Assembly: GCF_018977255.1 (NCBI RefSeq)
Contig: NW_024704743.1
Span: 99,636,001 to 99,700,000 of the forward strand
DNA from: Callorhinchus milii
Lineage: Eukaryota
DNA length: 64,000 nt
Direction of reading: 5' to 3'
Part shown: positions 48,945-60,292 of the stretch, piece by piece
How positions within the stretch are numbered: position 1 is the stretch's first letter
Layout: each line of letters starts with the position of its first letter
The notes under the pieces: model-generated
The model's database searches: none
The model's input: only the letters and a program-made list of their open reading frames with translations
What the model was told of the DNA's origin: nothing
Position numbers and translations under genes: made by a program

Positions 48945-49280
48945 AAATTACAATACAAAATTATTGTTTTGCTCCCTGCATGTTGGGAGGACGTCCCAAG
49001 ATGCTGGACAGTCAGAGATTTGGACCCAAGTGGGATCAGGGGGATTGGAGGGCAGGGAGGGTAGGAGGGTAACCGAAGGGCATTCAAAGAGGAGAGTCTT
49101 GAGACATGCCATGAAGGAGGCAAGGAAAGGTGTAAGGCAAAGAGAATGTGGGATGGAGTTTCAAAGGGTGGGGACAAAAAGGCTGAAGGCCTAACTGCCG
49201 ATGATGGGGTGGGCGGGGCGGGGGGTGTGGAGCAGACCGGAGCCTACTGAGCAGAGGGAGCGTACAGGTTGATAGCATCC
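48945..49280 (-). mobile_element. L2 LINE 3' fragment
   Basis: Homologous to the 3' part of 8573-9690. Confidence 0.85.
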
Positions 49281-49344
49281 ATCCACACAGGTTGTGTTGA
49301 CTGACAGCTGATTGTACACTAGCAGTGACTTTCAAACAGTAAAA

Positions 49345-49600
49345 AAAAATTGTGTTTCATCACAATTGTCCGAATTTGGAATGATTTGGAATGATCTGCC
49401 TGAAAGAGTAGTGAAGTCCGATTCGATAATAGCTTTTAAGAGAGAACTGGACAGGTATCTGGGGAAGACGGGTTTGCAGGGTTATGGGGAGAAAGCTGGT
49501 GATTGGAGTTAGTGAAAGTGACTTGCTCTGTCAAAGAGCCTGCACAGACTCGATGGGCCGAATGGCCTCCTTCTGTGCTGTAACATTCTATGAATCAATG
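49345..49600 (+). mobile_element. CR1 LINE 3' end
   Basis: WNDLPERVVKSDSIIAFKRELDRYL..GLQGYGEKAG; gatgggccgaatggcctccttctgtgctg. Confidence 0.9.
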
Positions 49601-49856
49601 AAACTCATTCCTGTGATATTTATCACAAAAAATGCATTACAAAATATCACAAATTTCACCTCAATGAATTTTAGGATGTTGCTAAAATTCAGGCTTTTCA
49701 TACTAGAATGCCTCAATACAGTACAATTGCCCCAAAAATACACAGACCCCATCCTGCGTTATATCCTGTGAATTGCTTTGTGACATCCTCCCGAGTTGAA
49801 AAGTGCTATACCAAATGTAAGGATTACCATTATTAATAATAATAATTGTATTCTTA

Positions 49857-50095
49857 AGGCCCCAAATTTCACCAAATCTTGGCCTTGAAGACCATTTTTA
49901 TCTTAAAAATTAAGGTGGTGCAGAATTGTGGAAAATTCTTAAAATCAAGCTCAGTTTGGAGGCTGTTTTCTGCAGTTTGTATAAAGAACCGACATCCGAA
50001 TTAAAATCGAGTTTAACAATTTTTCACAATTCTGGGCCATCTTAAATTTTATGACAACAATATCTATTGGCTAAGATTGAGTGGAAATTTGGCCT
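49857..50095. mobile_element. Palindromic MITE-like element, best-preserved copy (~240 bp)
   Basis: aggccccaaatttcaccaaatcttggcc versus ggctaagattgagtggaaatttggcct; arms pair imperfectly almost to the centre. Confidence 0.8.
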
Positions 50096-50186
50096 TTCAG
50101 TGTTTAACTGTTTATAAATTGTCTCCATTGCTGTGAATCTGATGGTTTGCACCATCTTCAGAAAATGTGGTGGTGTGAAATGAGTA

Positions 50187-50572
50187 AAAATAATAATCTT
50201 TGCATTTGATATTGTGCCTTTCATGTCAGGAGGATGTTTTGAAATGTTTCACAGGACCTTGTTGGCAAAAGTGGGAGCCGGTTTTGTACACAGCCTGGAA
50301 GTGACTGTTATCCAAGTGATTGTTGGTCAAGATCCAGGGAGAAACACTCCTTTCTTTTCAAATAGTGAAATGAGATTGTTAATGTCCACCTGAACAGACA
50401 AACAGGACCTGGGTTTAATTTCTCATCCAATGGATGGCACCTCAACAGTGCAGCGCTTTCACAACATTGTATTGTAGTGTCAGAGTAGACTGAGTTTAAA
50501 GTCCTGACATGGGGTTTGAACCATAACCTTCTGACTCAGAAAATGAGAGTGCTACAAGCTGAGCTAGGCTGA
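50187..50572 (-). mobile_element. Old SacSINE1/DeuSINE-like SINE, nearly complete
   Basis: Head gctcagcttgtagcactctc...ctgagtcagaaggttatggttcaaacccc, central domain and L2-like tail. Confidence 0.85.
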
Positions 50573-51282
50573 CATATGGAGTATACACACACACACTAGT
50601 AAAGCATACATTCATTATTCCCCTGGGTCATGTCACGTTTGTGCAGTTAGAGGCTTACAAAAACAGTCTGGGTTGTAGGGGATTAGAGAGACTGCATTTG
50701 GGATCAGACAAGGGAGACTGGAAAAGAGAAATAATACTCCTAAAATATGGTAAAAAAATGATCAGAGTAAGCTCTTTATTCATCGAGGACAATGCATGGA
50801 GTCTTGTAATTCTATGTGAAAAGACAGTCACAGTGGGGTGTAATGATCTAATTAGCATTTGTAAGCAAAACCATCATTAAAACTGATTTGTTCCCAAGCA
50901 CAAAACTTATATCTGCTTCGGTACTTATGCAGAGTTTTTAAAAACTCTTTATTCCAAAAAGAGTTCACACCACACAAAGAAAAATCATAACAGAGAACCA
51001 ATAGGAAAGCCAAGATCAACAATGCGCAATGTAGTAACTATAGTAACAGCGCGGAGTGAAAATGAATTAGAATAAGAGAATCCCCCTGGAATGGGCATCT
51101 CTTAGATGGAAGCTCCTTACACAGGATAGCACACTATATGTAGTTTAGGAAAACAAGCAACTCTGAAAAGTCATCATGATATTGGAAAGGATTAATACAA
51201 ACCCACCACAGGCAATGAAGCTGGTATTAGAAATGGAACTAGGATATAACCACCACAGAAACACCATTATTCCTGTGCTGTA

Positions 51283-51420
51283 GAGGCCTGAAATTCTCCT
51301 TAGTCATAGTTTTAAGATCATCTTTGAATCTATAATTGTACTGAATTTTTCAAACTTTTTCAATTCAGGATTAATGTTGAAGCCTGGTTTTTGCAATTCA
51401 AGTTTTAAACAAATTTCTTC
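51283..51420. mobile_element. Palindromic MITE-like family, one arm
   Basis: gaggcctgaaattctccttagtc terminus. Confidence 0.5.
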
Positions 51421-52739
51421 CTATCAATCCTTGATGTCTGTGCCTAACTGAAATTGGGTACAGCAGTAAAGGTTAAACAGGCAAAACAGGTCTGGTGTTT
51501 GTCAATCATTTGATCTTACCAGTACCAATGAGAACAGTTTAATTGATTCTCAGATTGTCTCCAAGTTGAAGAACCAAAATTCATCTGCATTTTAGTGACA
51601 AGAATCCATCATGTCTCACTGTGTCTCACTGACACCACCCACTGTCCTACAAGTCAACTTCACCTAGTGCTGGACAATCATGCAATAACATTAGCAGAGG
51701 TCACTAAGAACAATTTGGCACAAGCTTCACCAATCTGCTTGGCTGTGAAAGTAAAATGGAAAGATAGAATAAAAAAGAGCAGGTTCAGGACATTGCTAAA
51801 AACTAGTTCTGCTGCAATGAGAAATTGATGAGAGGGTGGCGTCATTGGAGTATGCTTATATATTATTAATTTCCTGAGTAAGCTATATTAGATTACTGGA
51901 ATTTGAGAGAAAGCTAGTTTCTCATAAATCCATACATATTAAAGTAGCAAATGTGATGATTCGATTCATGAAAACGAGATAAATAATAATTTCTCAATTT
52001 TGAGTTGCGCACTACTGTGATATAAATTCTTTTGTCTTAGCATGATCATTCCCTTGTTAATTTCATCAGACACATATATACACCATTGCTGGGCTCCGCA
52101 AACCTAAAACATGTTTTGTATATAGTATAGCCAGCTTCACACAGACATCTGTGTAAAGGGTTTTGAGATGTCTTCCTCATTTGAAAGGCCTTTTATAAAT
52201 ATAAATAGTTTTGTATAGAATACACGTATTTCAGAATATAGTATATTGTGTTTGTCTATGGAAAATGCTAATAACATTTAAACCATGTAATAAAATAAGA
52301 CACAATTATTATAAAATGAGATGCAACAATTATGGGTTAAAGTTTCCTGAATTTATTAGATTCTTGGTTTGCAACATAGATCCAATAGGATTTACAATAG
52401 ATTTGCAACCTGAATTCAGAATAGTGGCCTTAGCAGCTTTCAGAATAATGCTGTGGCCAAACTGTGAAAGAGATGGTTACCTTTGGGACAGGCAGGGAAG
52501 ATTGCTTTATAATCAAGTGCATGTATATGTCTTCCTCTCTAACAAGCCACCAATTATCTGGATTATCTGACAGTGTGCACTATTCACCAGACTGCTTCTT
52601 GCAAAGAGAGGGTTGGAGGAGAGATAAAATGCAAAAGGGAGTTGTAATGAGGAGCTCTGAAGCAAATTCAAGCTATGGGTTCTTATTCTGATTATGATAC
52701 TGTTGTGAGAATGCTGATAATATAGATCCTCAAGATATG

Positions 52740-52965
52740 AATATACATACACACAGGGGAATGGATTTGCAGAAAGAATGGTGCAGGTGGCTAGGAAAGT
52801 GTTGAAAAAATCTAAAGAAGATGGAGAGGATCCCCAAATAGCCCTGCTAGAAATTATAAATACCCCGATAAGGGAAGAAATGGGTTCTCTGGTGCAGATT
52901 CTCAAGGAGACTAGTGACGCTGTACAGCTGGTTGAAGCCAAAAATATTGAAGTAGGCAACATCTC
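52740..52965 (+). mobile_element. Gypsy LTR-retrotransposon integrase fossil
   Basis: YTQGNGFAERMVQVARKVLKKSKEDGEDPQIALLEIINTP..MGSLVQIL matches the PQSNGxAERxVQ...LALLxYRNTP motif; debris probably spans ~52430-53400. Confidence 0.85.
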
Positions 52966-54179
52966 AACGGAAAGAAAATCAAGAGAAATGGTATGACAAG
53001 TATGAAAGGATCAAGTGAGCAGATGAGAGTGGGAGACAGAATACAAAATATTGACAAGCAACCATGGAAAAAGGAGCCATAAACAGAGAAGGAAACACAC
53101 CCAGTTCATACATATTAAAAGGAGAGATTTACAGAAGGAACACAAGGTGTATAAGAAACCCATGAAGTAAAAGGATTGAAAAGGAAATCCAGAATAATGC
53201 AGTAAGAAGGACACAAACAGAAGTGATCAAAGAAAGAAGGAGCAGGGGTGGAAGAATTATAACCCCCACGCCACCGCTGCAACATACAAGGACTAAAAGA
53301 GAAAGGGGAAATAAAAAAGAGGGAGTAAGGAGTACAAATACAATACAGGAAGACGCTGTATAAGTCCAGATGTAAAATGGGTAATGGTTGTTAGAGGTAA
53401 ATTGTGTGATCAACTTCTCTTATTGGGTATACCACAGTTTTTAAATTGGCCAAAAGTTGATTAATAAGTCCTAACAAGTTAACTTAGTATATGGATATTA
53501 ATGTTCAAAATATCCAACATTACTGATTTGAGCAAGAAATATGAAGTAAGACTATAGTTTCAAAATAATAACTTTCAATAACTTGAAACTTATATAACAC
53601 CTTTCCTGTAGAATGAACGTCTCAAAGCACTGCTCAAAGAGCAACCAAGATCACTGAGCAGTTAAAAAAGGAGGGGCATTTTTGGGACAATTCTAAAAGT
53701 GGGAACATATTGACTGAAGGCTTAGCCATCGATGATGAGATGGAGGGAGCAAGAAACAAGCATCAGAATTGGAAGAGCATAGGATACGGATAGAATTGAG
53801 TTGGAGAAGATTGGAACTGTAGGAAAGAAAGGAAAAAGAATGTAATTTAACAAGTCAGTTGAAGTTTGTAGGTATAACTGGTTAAATCTAGGTAAGATCC
53901 TTCAATAACATTTAAGGTCCAAGTAACAAGTTGTCAGTGTAAACCTTAGGGAATTTTCTACACAAGTCTGACAAGCTCTGACTAATGCATATTCTCTGAG
54001 AAGAATAACACAAACATCTTCCTCTAAGACCAGATCCCAAATCAATTCCTGTCTCCATAGTAAAACCCTGCTTAATCCTTAGACAGCTAGAGATTCCTGT
54101 TGCTGTGGGATCACCAGCTCTGTACAATATTAGCTCCCATACCAAAGTCAAAAATATACTAATATAACAGTATTAAAGG

Positions 54180-54502
54180 TAATAATAATAATAATAATCC
54201 TTGCATTTGATATAGTGCTTTTCACGTCAGGAGGACGTCCCAAAGCGCTTCACAGAACACACTGTAAAGTGAATTGACTGTATATTTGTGGGCGAACGCG
54301 GCGGCCAATTGCACACAGCAATGTCCCACAAACAGTCGTAGATTGAAAATGACCAATTTAATTATTGTTTTTGGTTTTGGAGGGATTATTATTAGGTGTG
54401 TGGAGTAAGGAAACTTGCCCAAGGTTTCGCCCTGCCTGGAATTGAACTCAGGTCTCTCACTTGCAAAGCGAGTGCTCTAACCACTGAGCTACAGGACTCC
54501 AC
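54180..54502 (-). mobile_element. Full-length young tRNA-Ala-derived SINE
   Basis: Near-identical to 46929-47258. Confidence 0.97.
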
Positions 54503-54537
54503 AAACTCCACAAAAGGTACTCAAACATAAGGATCCA

Positions 54538-55452
54538 ATACAATAAAAAATGACATTCGTAAAGCACCTTTTATGTCAGGAGGATGTCCCAAGGCACTAA
54601 ACAATCAGGGATTAGGACCCGAGCTGTGGGGTGGGGAGGTTGGGATCAGGGACGGTGGAGGGCAGAGTGGGTAGGAGGGTGGCCGAATGCACAGTCGACG
54701 AGGAGAGTCTTGAGGCATCCCTTGAAGGAGGCAAGGCAGGGAGTGAGGCTAAGGGAATGTGGGATGGAGTTTCAGAGGGTGGGGGCAGAGAGGCTGAAGG
54801 CCCAATGGGACATGGAGCAGGCCAGATCCTGCTGAGTGGAGGGAGCGGATAGGTTGATAAGGGGTTAGCAGGTCAGAGAAATAGAAGGGGCAAGGCCATG
54901 GAGGGCTTGAAGGTGAGGACGAGAATTTTGAGCTCGATCCTCTGAGGGATGGGGAGCCAGTGGAGCTGGGTGAGGGTGGGTGTGATGAGGTCACGGAACC
55001 TAGTGCGGGAGAGGACACAAACTGCAGAGTTCTGAAGGTTCTGCAGCTTGCGGAGGGAAAGATTGGGAAGGCCGACAAGCAGGACTTTGGCATAGTCGAG
55101 CCTGGATGTAATGAAGGCATGTATGAGAGTTTTGGCAGCCTGCGGGGTGAGGCAGTGGCAGAATTGGGCAATCGGGCAATCAAGGTTTTTTACTGGTTGG
55201 CTCGCGCCAGCACCTCCACACCTCAGGCACTGGCAGCATCAGCATCCACGGATGCACACTCCACCTCACCAAGCCAGTAAGGAATCTAGGCATCTTGTTT
55301 GACCTTCAACTGTCCTTTCTCCCCCACATTCATGCCACGGTCATGCTGACGTTCAACTGTAGAAAGTTGGCTCTCATCCAGGACTTAATCTCCAACAGGC
55401 AATCTGTCAGGACATCAGTGGTCCTGGAGTTGAGGGTGGAGGCAGAGAGATA
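54538..55452 (-). mobile_element. L2 LINE fragment with an internal inversion (55181-55338)
   Basis: Minus-strand L2 on both sides of a plus-strand LVGSRQHLHTSG...PHIHAT segment. Confidence 0.9.
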
Positions 55453-56073
55453 GGATACCATTTTAATACATTCCTCCAGAAAAATGGTGGTCATTCACTT
55501 AATGGCTGTTTGTGGGACATCGTTGTGCCCAATCTGCTGTCCGTTAGCTTACAAATACACAGTCAGTACATCCAGGGAAGCAATTTGAGATGTTTCAATC
55601 ATGTGATCAAGCACTAAATCAAATGCAAGAATTATTATTAGTAAAAGTCATCCACTACAATAAATACAAAAAACACAATTTTGCATAATACACACTCAAG
55701 ACACACAGGAACACTGTGGAGAGTTAGAGTTACAATCTGTAAAAGTGCCTCAGGGTGATTCTATTTCAGCTTGGTTACAAAGAAAACAAGTTGAAAGATA
55801 TACATAATATGTAGCTTGGTAAAAGATAGCTAACGAAAAGCCAAAAGGTACAATTTTTTTGCTACAGAAGAATGGATCAATAAACACTGTATATTTTGTA
55901 TTTCTGGTGTTGTGAGAATATGCTTCATTACATGGAACTCAATTGTCCTGTTAACTATGAAGGTAATGTTGCCCAGTGGTTTTAGCAGGGGATATGAAGA
56001 TGAATAGATTTTCATTGTGCAGAAGTGGCTGATACAGATGTTTCTTCATAGCTGTGCATCTGGTAACAACTGT

Positions 56074-56086
56074 GTTACCTAGCAAC
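56074..56086. promoter_or_regulatory. RFX X-box, strong match
   Basis: GTTACCTAGCAAC with flanking half-sites ggtaac and tagcaa. Confidence 0.5.
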
Positions 56087-56317
56087 AGTGTTTATAGCAA
56101 AATACCAGTCATAGAACACTGCAGTATGCCATATTTTTCATTTCATTTCATTTCAACTTCAACCCACCATTGCACAACTGTGGAAAATATATATGTTCCC
56201 ATATGACAGGTACTGATTTAATTCACTGACCTATCAAACAGGTTAGTCTGTCACATAAATCTGTTCTATAAAATATAGGCTATCTGTCATGAGTATAATC
56301 AATGGCACATTGGAGAC

Positions 56318-56485
56318 AGATGGTCCCATTGGCCCAGTCAGGTGGACATTAAAGGTCCCATGGCATTGTTTGAAAAGAGTATCCTGGCCAACAATCCCCA
56401 AATATAACTAGTCATTCACTCCATCCATGGTCATTTGTACACAAATTGCTTGCTTTGTTTACCTACAGATGCACACTTTACAGTA
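56318..56485 (+). mobile_element. Old SacSINE1/DeuSINE-like fragment
   Basis: tcaggtggacattaaaggtcccatggcattgtttgaa...cctggccaacaatcc. Confidence 0.75.
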
Positions 56486-56889
56486 AAAAATCAAAACAAG
56501 TGATTTTGTTGCAAAAATAAAAAGCCCGTAAGGCAATTTTGCTTAAAATATAGATCGGCTATTGAATTCACTATCCAAAAGTGATACCATGTATTTGGGA
56601 TTTCTCAGGCACTCTGTGAAACTAGGAAGCTTTACTTCATTTCTCAAATTATGAACTTGTGGGTAATTTATTTCAATGTACTTGTAAATTTCATTTGCTA
56701 ATAATTTCTTCTTGTCAACAGTTTCCCTACTTATGGTGATAAAGATTTATTTTTTTTTGTGCCACAGACTCCATAGGTTCCATGAAAACTAGTTACACAT
56801 GTGGCCTGATCTACAAAGATTGAGCAAGAGGTACAGCAGCACAATTGTACAGAGGAAGGTACAGTTATAAACTGGGCTAATAGAAAGGT

Positions 56890-57020
56890 GCGGCTGCACT
56901 CTTTCTACGGAATCCGCTACAAACCTGCTATAAATGTAGTTTCTGGCCCACGGGCGTCCGGGCTGTTTACCTGATGTAGGCGGGACTGCTCCAGACTCGT
57001 AAGTGCAGTGTGGTGCTGTA
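56890..57020 (-). promoter_or_regulatory. Small CpG-rich non-repeat patch; putative promoter or first exon with donor cag|GTAAAC at 56971/56970
   Basis: About 8 CpGs in ~110 bp of otherwise CpG-depleted unique DNA; GC-box-like aggcggga. Confidence 0.35.
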
Positions 57021-57149
57021 TGTGTGTGTGTTTGAGTGAGTGTGTATTCCTCCCCCATGCTCGAGCCCCGACACCTGACTGTTCAGCGCTTTGGGACATC
57101 CTCCCGTTGTGAAGGGCGCTCTATAAATGTAATTTTGTTGTTGTTGTGT

Positions 57150-57620
57150 ATGATTGTCTGTATGTATGTCTCTCTATTTGTGTTTGTGAGTGTCTGTGAA
57201 TATGTCTGTGTCTCACTCTCCTCTGTGTTTGTGGATGTGCCTATGTGTGTCTCTCTATATGTTTGTGAGTGTCACACAGAGTTACTCATATCCTCTCTCT
57301 TAGAAGGTGTGTCTCTCTGTGTCTCAGAGTGTGTGTCTCTCATTGTTTCTGTGCATGTGTGTCTTTCTCTATGTGTCTGAGTGTGTGTATCTTGCTGTGT
57401 CTCTGTGTCTCTCTGGTGTCTGTGTATGTGTGTCTCTCTCTGTGTCTCTAAGTGCGTGTGTCTCTAATGTCTGTGAGTGTGTATATCTCCCTGTGTCTCT
57501 GAATGTGTGTGTGTCTCTGTTTTTGTGTCTTTCTCTGTGTCTCTCTCTCTGTGCTTCTGAGTGTGTGTGTCTCTCTGTATCTCTGAATGTGTGTGTGGGT
57601 GTCTCTCTCTCTGGGTCTGT
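57150..57620. repeat. (GT/CT)n low-complexity tract
   Basis: Degenerate dinucleotide repeats. Confidence 0.95.
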
Positions 57621-58173
57621 GTGGGATGCTGGGCCCTGAAGAGCTCCTGTATCTTCACTGGTATCCCCCCTCCCCTCCCTCAAAGAAAGGCCACCCTGTT
57701 TTGTTAAAGAAGCAGTTAATTTTTTTTTGAAACAATCTGATATGTGGTATTTCTTCATGTTTAGTTCTTATCAATAAAGTGAAAAAATGTAGGTTTCAGT
57801 AAAATGTACCTCAATGGCACCAATCAACTCCCTGCCATATTCTGTAAAATCTGTCAAATTTGACCAAGAATTTTCCACAAAGTTCCAAATCTCCCCTCAG
57901 TTTTTGGCAAATATTTCCGCACTTTTCTATTGGCTCAGGTTATAACATAGATTGATACAGCACAGAAACAGCCTGTTCAGCCCAACTAGTCCATGGCTTT
58001 TTTTAATTCAAAATGTATGTATTTATTTGTTGATATATATTCACGCTTGTCTCAGACGGTATCAAACTCATTACAGAAACGATGATGCAACATGCTATTA
58101 TCCCATTACAGAATGCAACAAATTCTGGATGCTCTAAAATGCTACATACATAGAGGAAATTTAGACCAACTTA

Positions 58174-58650
58174 CAACAACAACAACAACAAGATTCCATT
58201 TATAGAGCGCCTTTCACGTCAGGAGGACGTCCCAAGGCGCTGCACAGTTGGGTCATGACCCGAGCAGGGGGGAAATGGTCAGGGTGAGGGGAGGGAAGGG
58301 AGGGAGAGAGGAGGGGGGAAATGGTCAGGGTGAGGGGAGGGAAGGGAGGGAGCGAGGAGGAGGAAGAGAGTCGAGAGGGGAGCTGAAGGCACGGTCAAAG
58401 AGAAAGGTTTTGAGACCGGCCTTGAAGGAGGAAAGGGAGGAAGCAAGGCGAAGGCACTGGGGGATGGAGTTCCAGAGCCTCGGGGCTGAGAGGCTGAAGG
58501 CCCGACCACCGATAGTAGGGCGGTTGGGGCGGGGGACGTGGAGCAGACCGGAGCCAGAGGAACGGAGGGTACGGGCAGGTAGGTAGGGGGATAGTAGGTT
58601 GGAGAGGTAGGAGGGAGCGAGGCCGTGAATGGCCGTGAATGGCCGTGAAC
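58174..58650 (-). mobile_element. Young L2 LINE 3' fragment with a duplicated 3' UTR motif and a triplicated 5' junction
   Basis: IHGLAPSYLSNLLSPYLPARTLRSSGSGLLHVPRPNRPTIGGRAFS; near-identical to 15886-16477. Confidence 0.97.
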
Positions 58651-58798
58651 TTAGAATGTCTCCCTTCACATGTATCCTAGACTGATAAACAATAAGACAA
58701 CTATGTTATAAAATCCTTGCATCACAAAGGGCTACTTTCAGATGTGCCAAGGCAATAACAAAAGAGGACATAGGTTTAGAGTTGCAAAAGACAAATCA

Positions 58799-58995
58799 TG
58801 GAGTCCTGTAGCATAGTGGTTAGGGCGCTCACCTCGCAAGGTGAGAGAACCCTTGTTTGATTCCCAGACGGAGCGAAACCTTAAGCAAGTCTCCTAACTC
58901 CACACACCTCTGTTTACCTAGTAATAAGTAGGAACTTGGCTGTTAGTCGATTGGCGGATCAATTTCCAGGGGGACTAATCCCTTCAAAACACAAT
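58799..58995 (+). mobile_element. tRNA-derived SINE long form, 5' half
   Basis: ggagtcctgtagcatagtggttag head plus the extra segment cctctgtttacctagtaataagtaggaac...gttagtcgattggcggatca. Confidence 0.85.
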
Positions 58996-59864
58996 TGCTC
59001 CCCCAATCTGATGTTTCACTGGCAAGCAGCTAACTGGCTGGGAGAAACTGGTTGCAGGGAGCACTCCCATCTCAATGTCAATAGATTTTCTTTCCTAAGA
59101 CCCATCCATCGAATATTGTAACGAGGAGAGGGCATCCCCTGCAAGTAATGTTTTTTTTTAACATTTATTTAAGAGTTACCTCAGGATTTGCTTAGTGCAA
59201 ATGCACGGCTGTGTACAACAACAACGACTTGCATTTACATAGCACCCCTCACCCAGGGTAGCGTCCCAGAGTGCTTGACAGTGGCAGAGCATGACGCGGA
59301 GCACGACGCATGACGTGTATACAAGAAATATACCTAAAAATATAAGAAAATTTAGGAAAAGGTGTGATTTACAAGAATCAGAATGTGTGAACGCTACTTC
59401 CTTGTTATTCTGTAATCTAATGCAGACACCCCCTCTCCACCCTCTTCCCCACCTCCAGGCAATATTGATACAGTATTATACAAATTGATAACTAAAGTGA
59501 TAAACCATCCCATAAATGATGTGCCAGCAATAAACCCAAACTAAAGTCAATATTTGTTTTATTATTTAGTGCTTTGGAATATTTAGGCAAGATATGATCC
59601 ATTATTCCCATACATTATACATAGGTATTGCACCAATGGAATAGAACCATGGATTTGACAGCAATGATTCATTCAAAGCATGCCTGTTTGTGAGTTAAAG
59701 TAAAACATATATAAAAGGATAGTGTAACCATTTGTTTTAAAATCATATACATTTTCAAGAGCAATATAGATTCTGAACAATTATATAAATTTGTGATTAA
59801 TTTTAATTAGTAAGATTTAAAAAACATTGGCTTCAATAAATAAGCAGGAAGCATTTTATTCCAA

Positions 59865-60292
59865 ATAATAATAGTCTTTACATTTGATACAGCACCTTTC
59901 ACATCAGGAGGATGTCTAAAAGTATTTCACAGGATACTTGTGAAGTGTAATGATTGCATATTTTATAGGTGAACGCAGAAGCCAATTTGGACACTCAATG
60001 GCCCAAAAACAGTTATAAAGCAAATGACCAATTTTCTTATGGGATTGTTGGCTAAGATACTGGGAGAAACTCTCTTCCCTTTTTAAATCTTTAGTATCTT
60101 CCTGAACAGGTTGATGGGATCTTGGTTTTAACATCTCATCTGAAAGACAAAACATCTAGCAATGCAGCGCTCCCCAAACACTGCACTGAACTGTCAGGCT
60201 CGACCTTTTGAGTTTGAAGTCCCATCATGGGGCTTGAACCCACTAGCTTCTGGCTCTGAGCCGAGGCAACTTCTAACTGAGCCAGGCTGACA
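59865..60292 (-). mobile_element. Old SacSINE1/DeuSINE-like SINE, nearly complete
   Basis: gtcagcctggctcagttag head, gtgggttcaagcccc B-box, central domain and tail. Confidence 0.85.

Noticed and set aside
57036..57758. C/V/S-rich and H/T/R-rich ORFs
   Set aside because: Read-through of a GT/CT microsatellite
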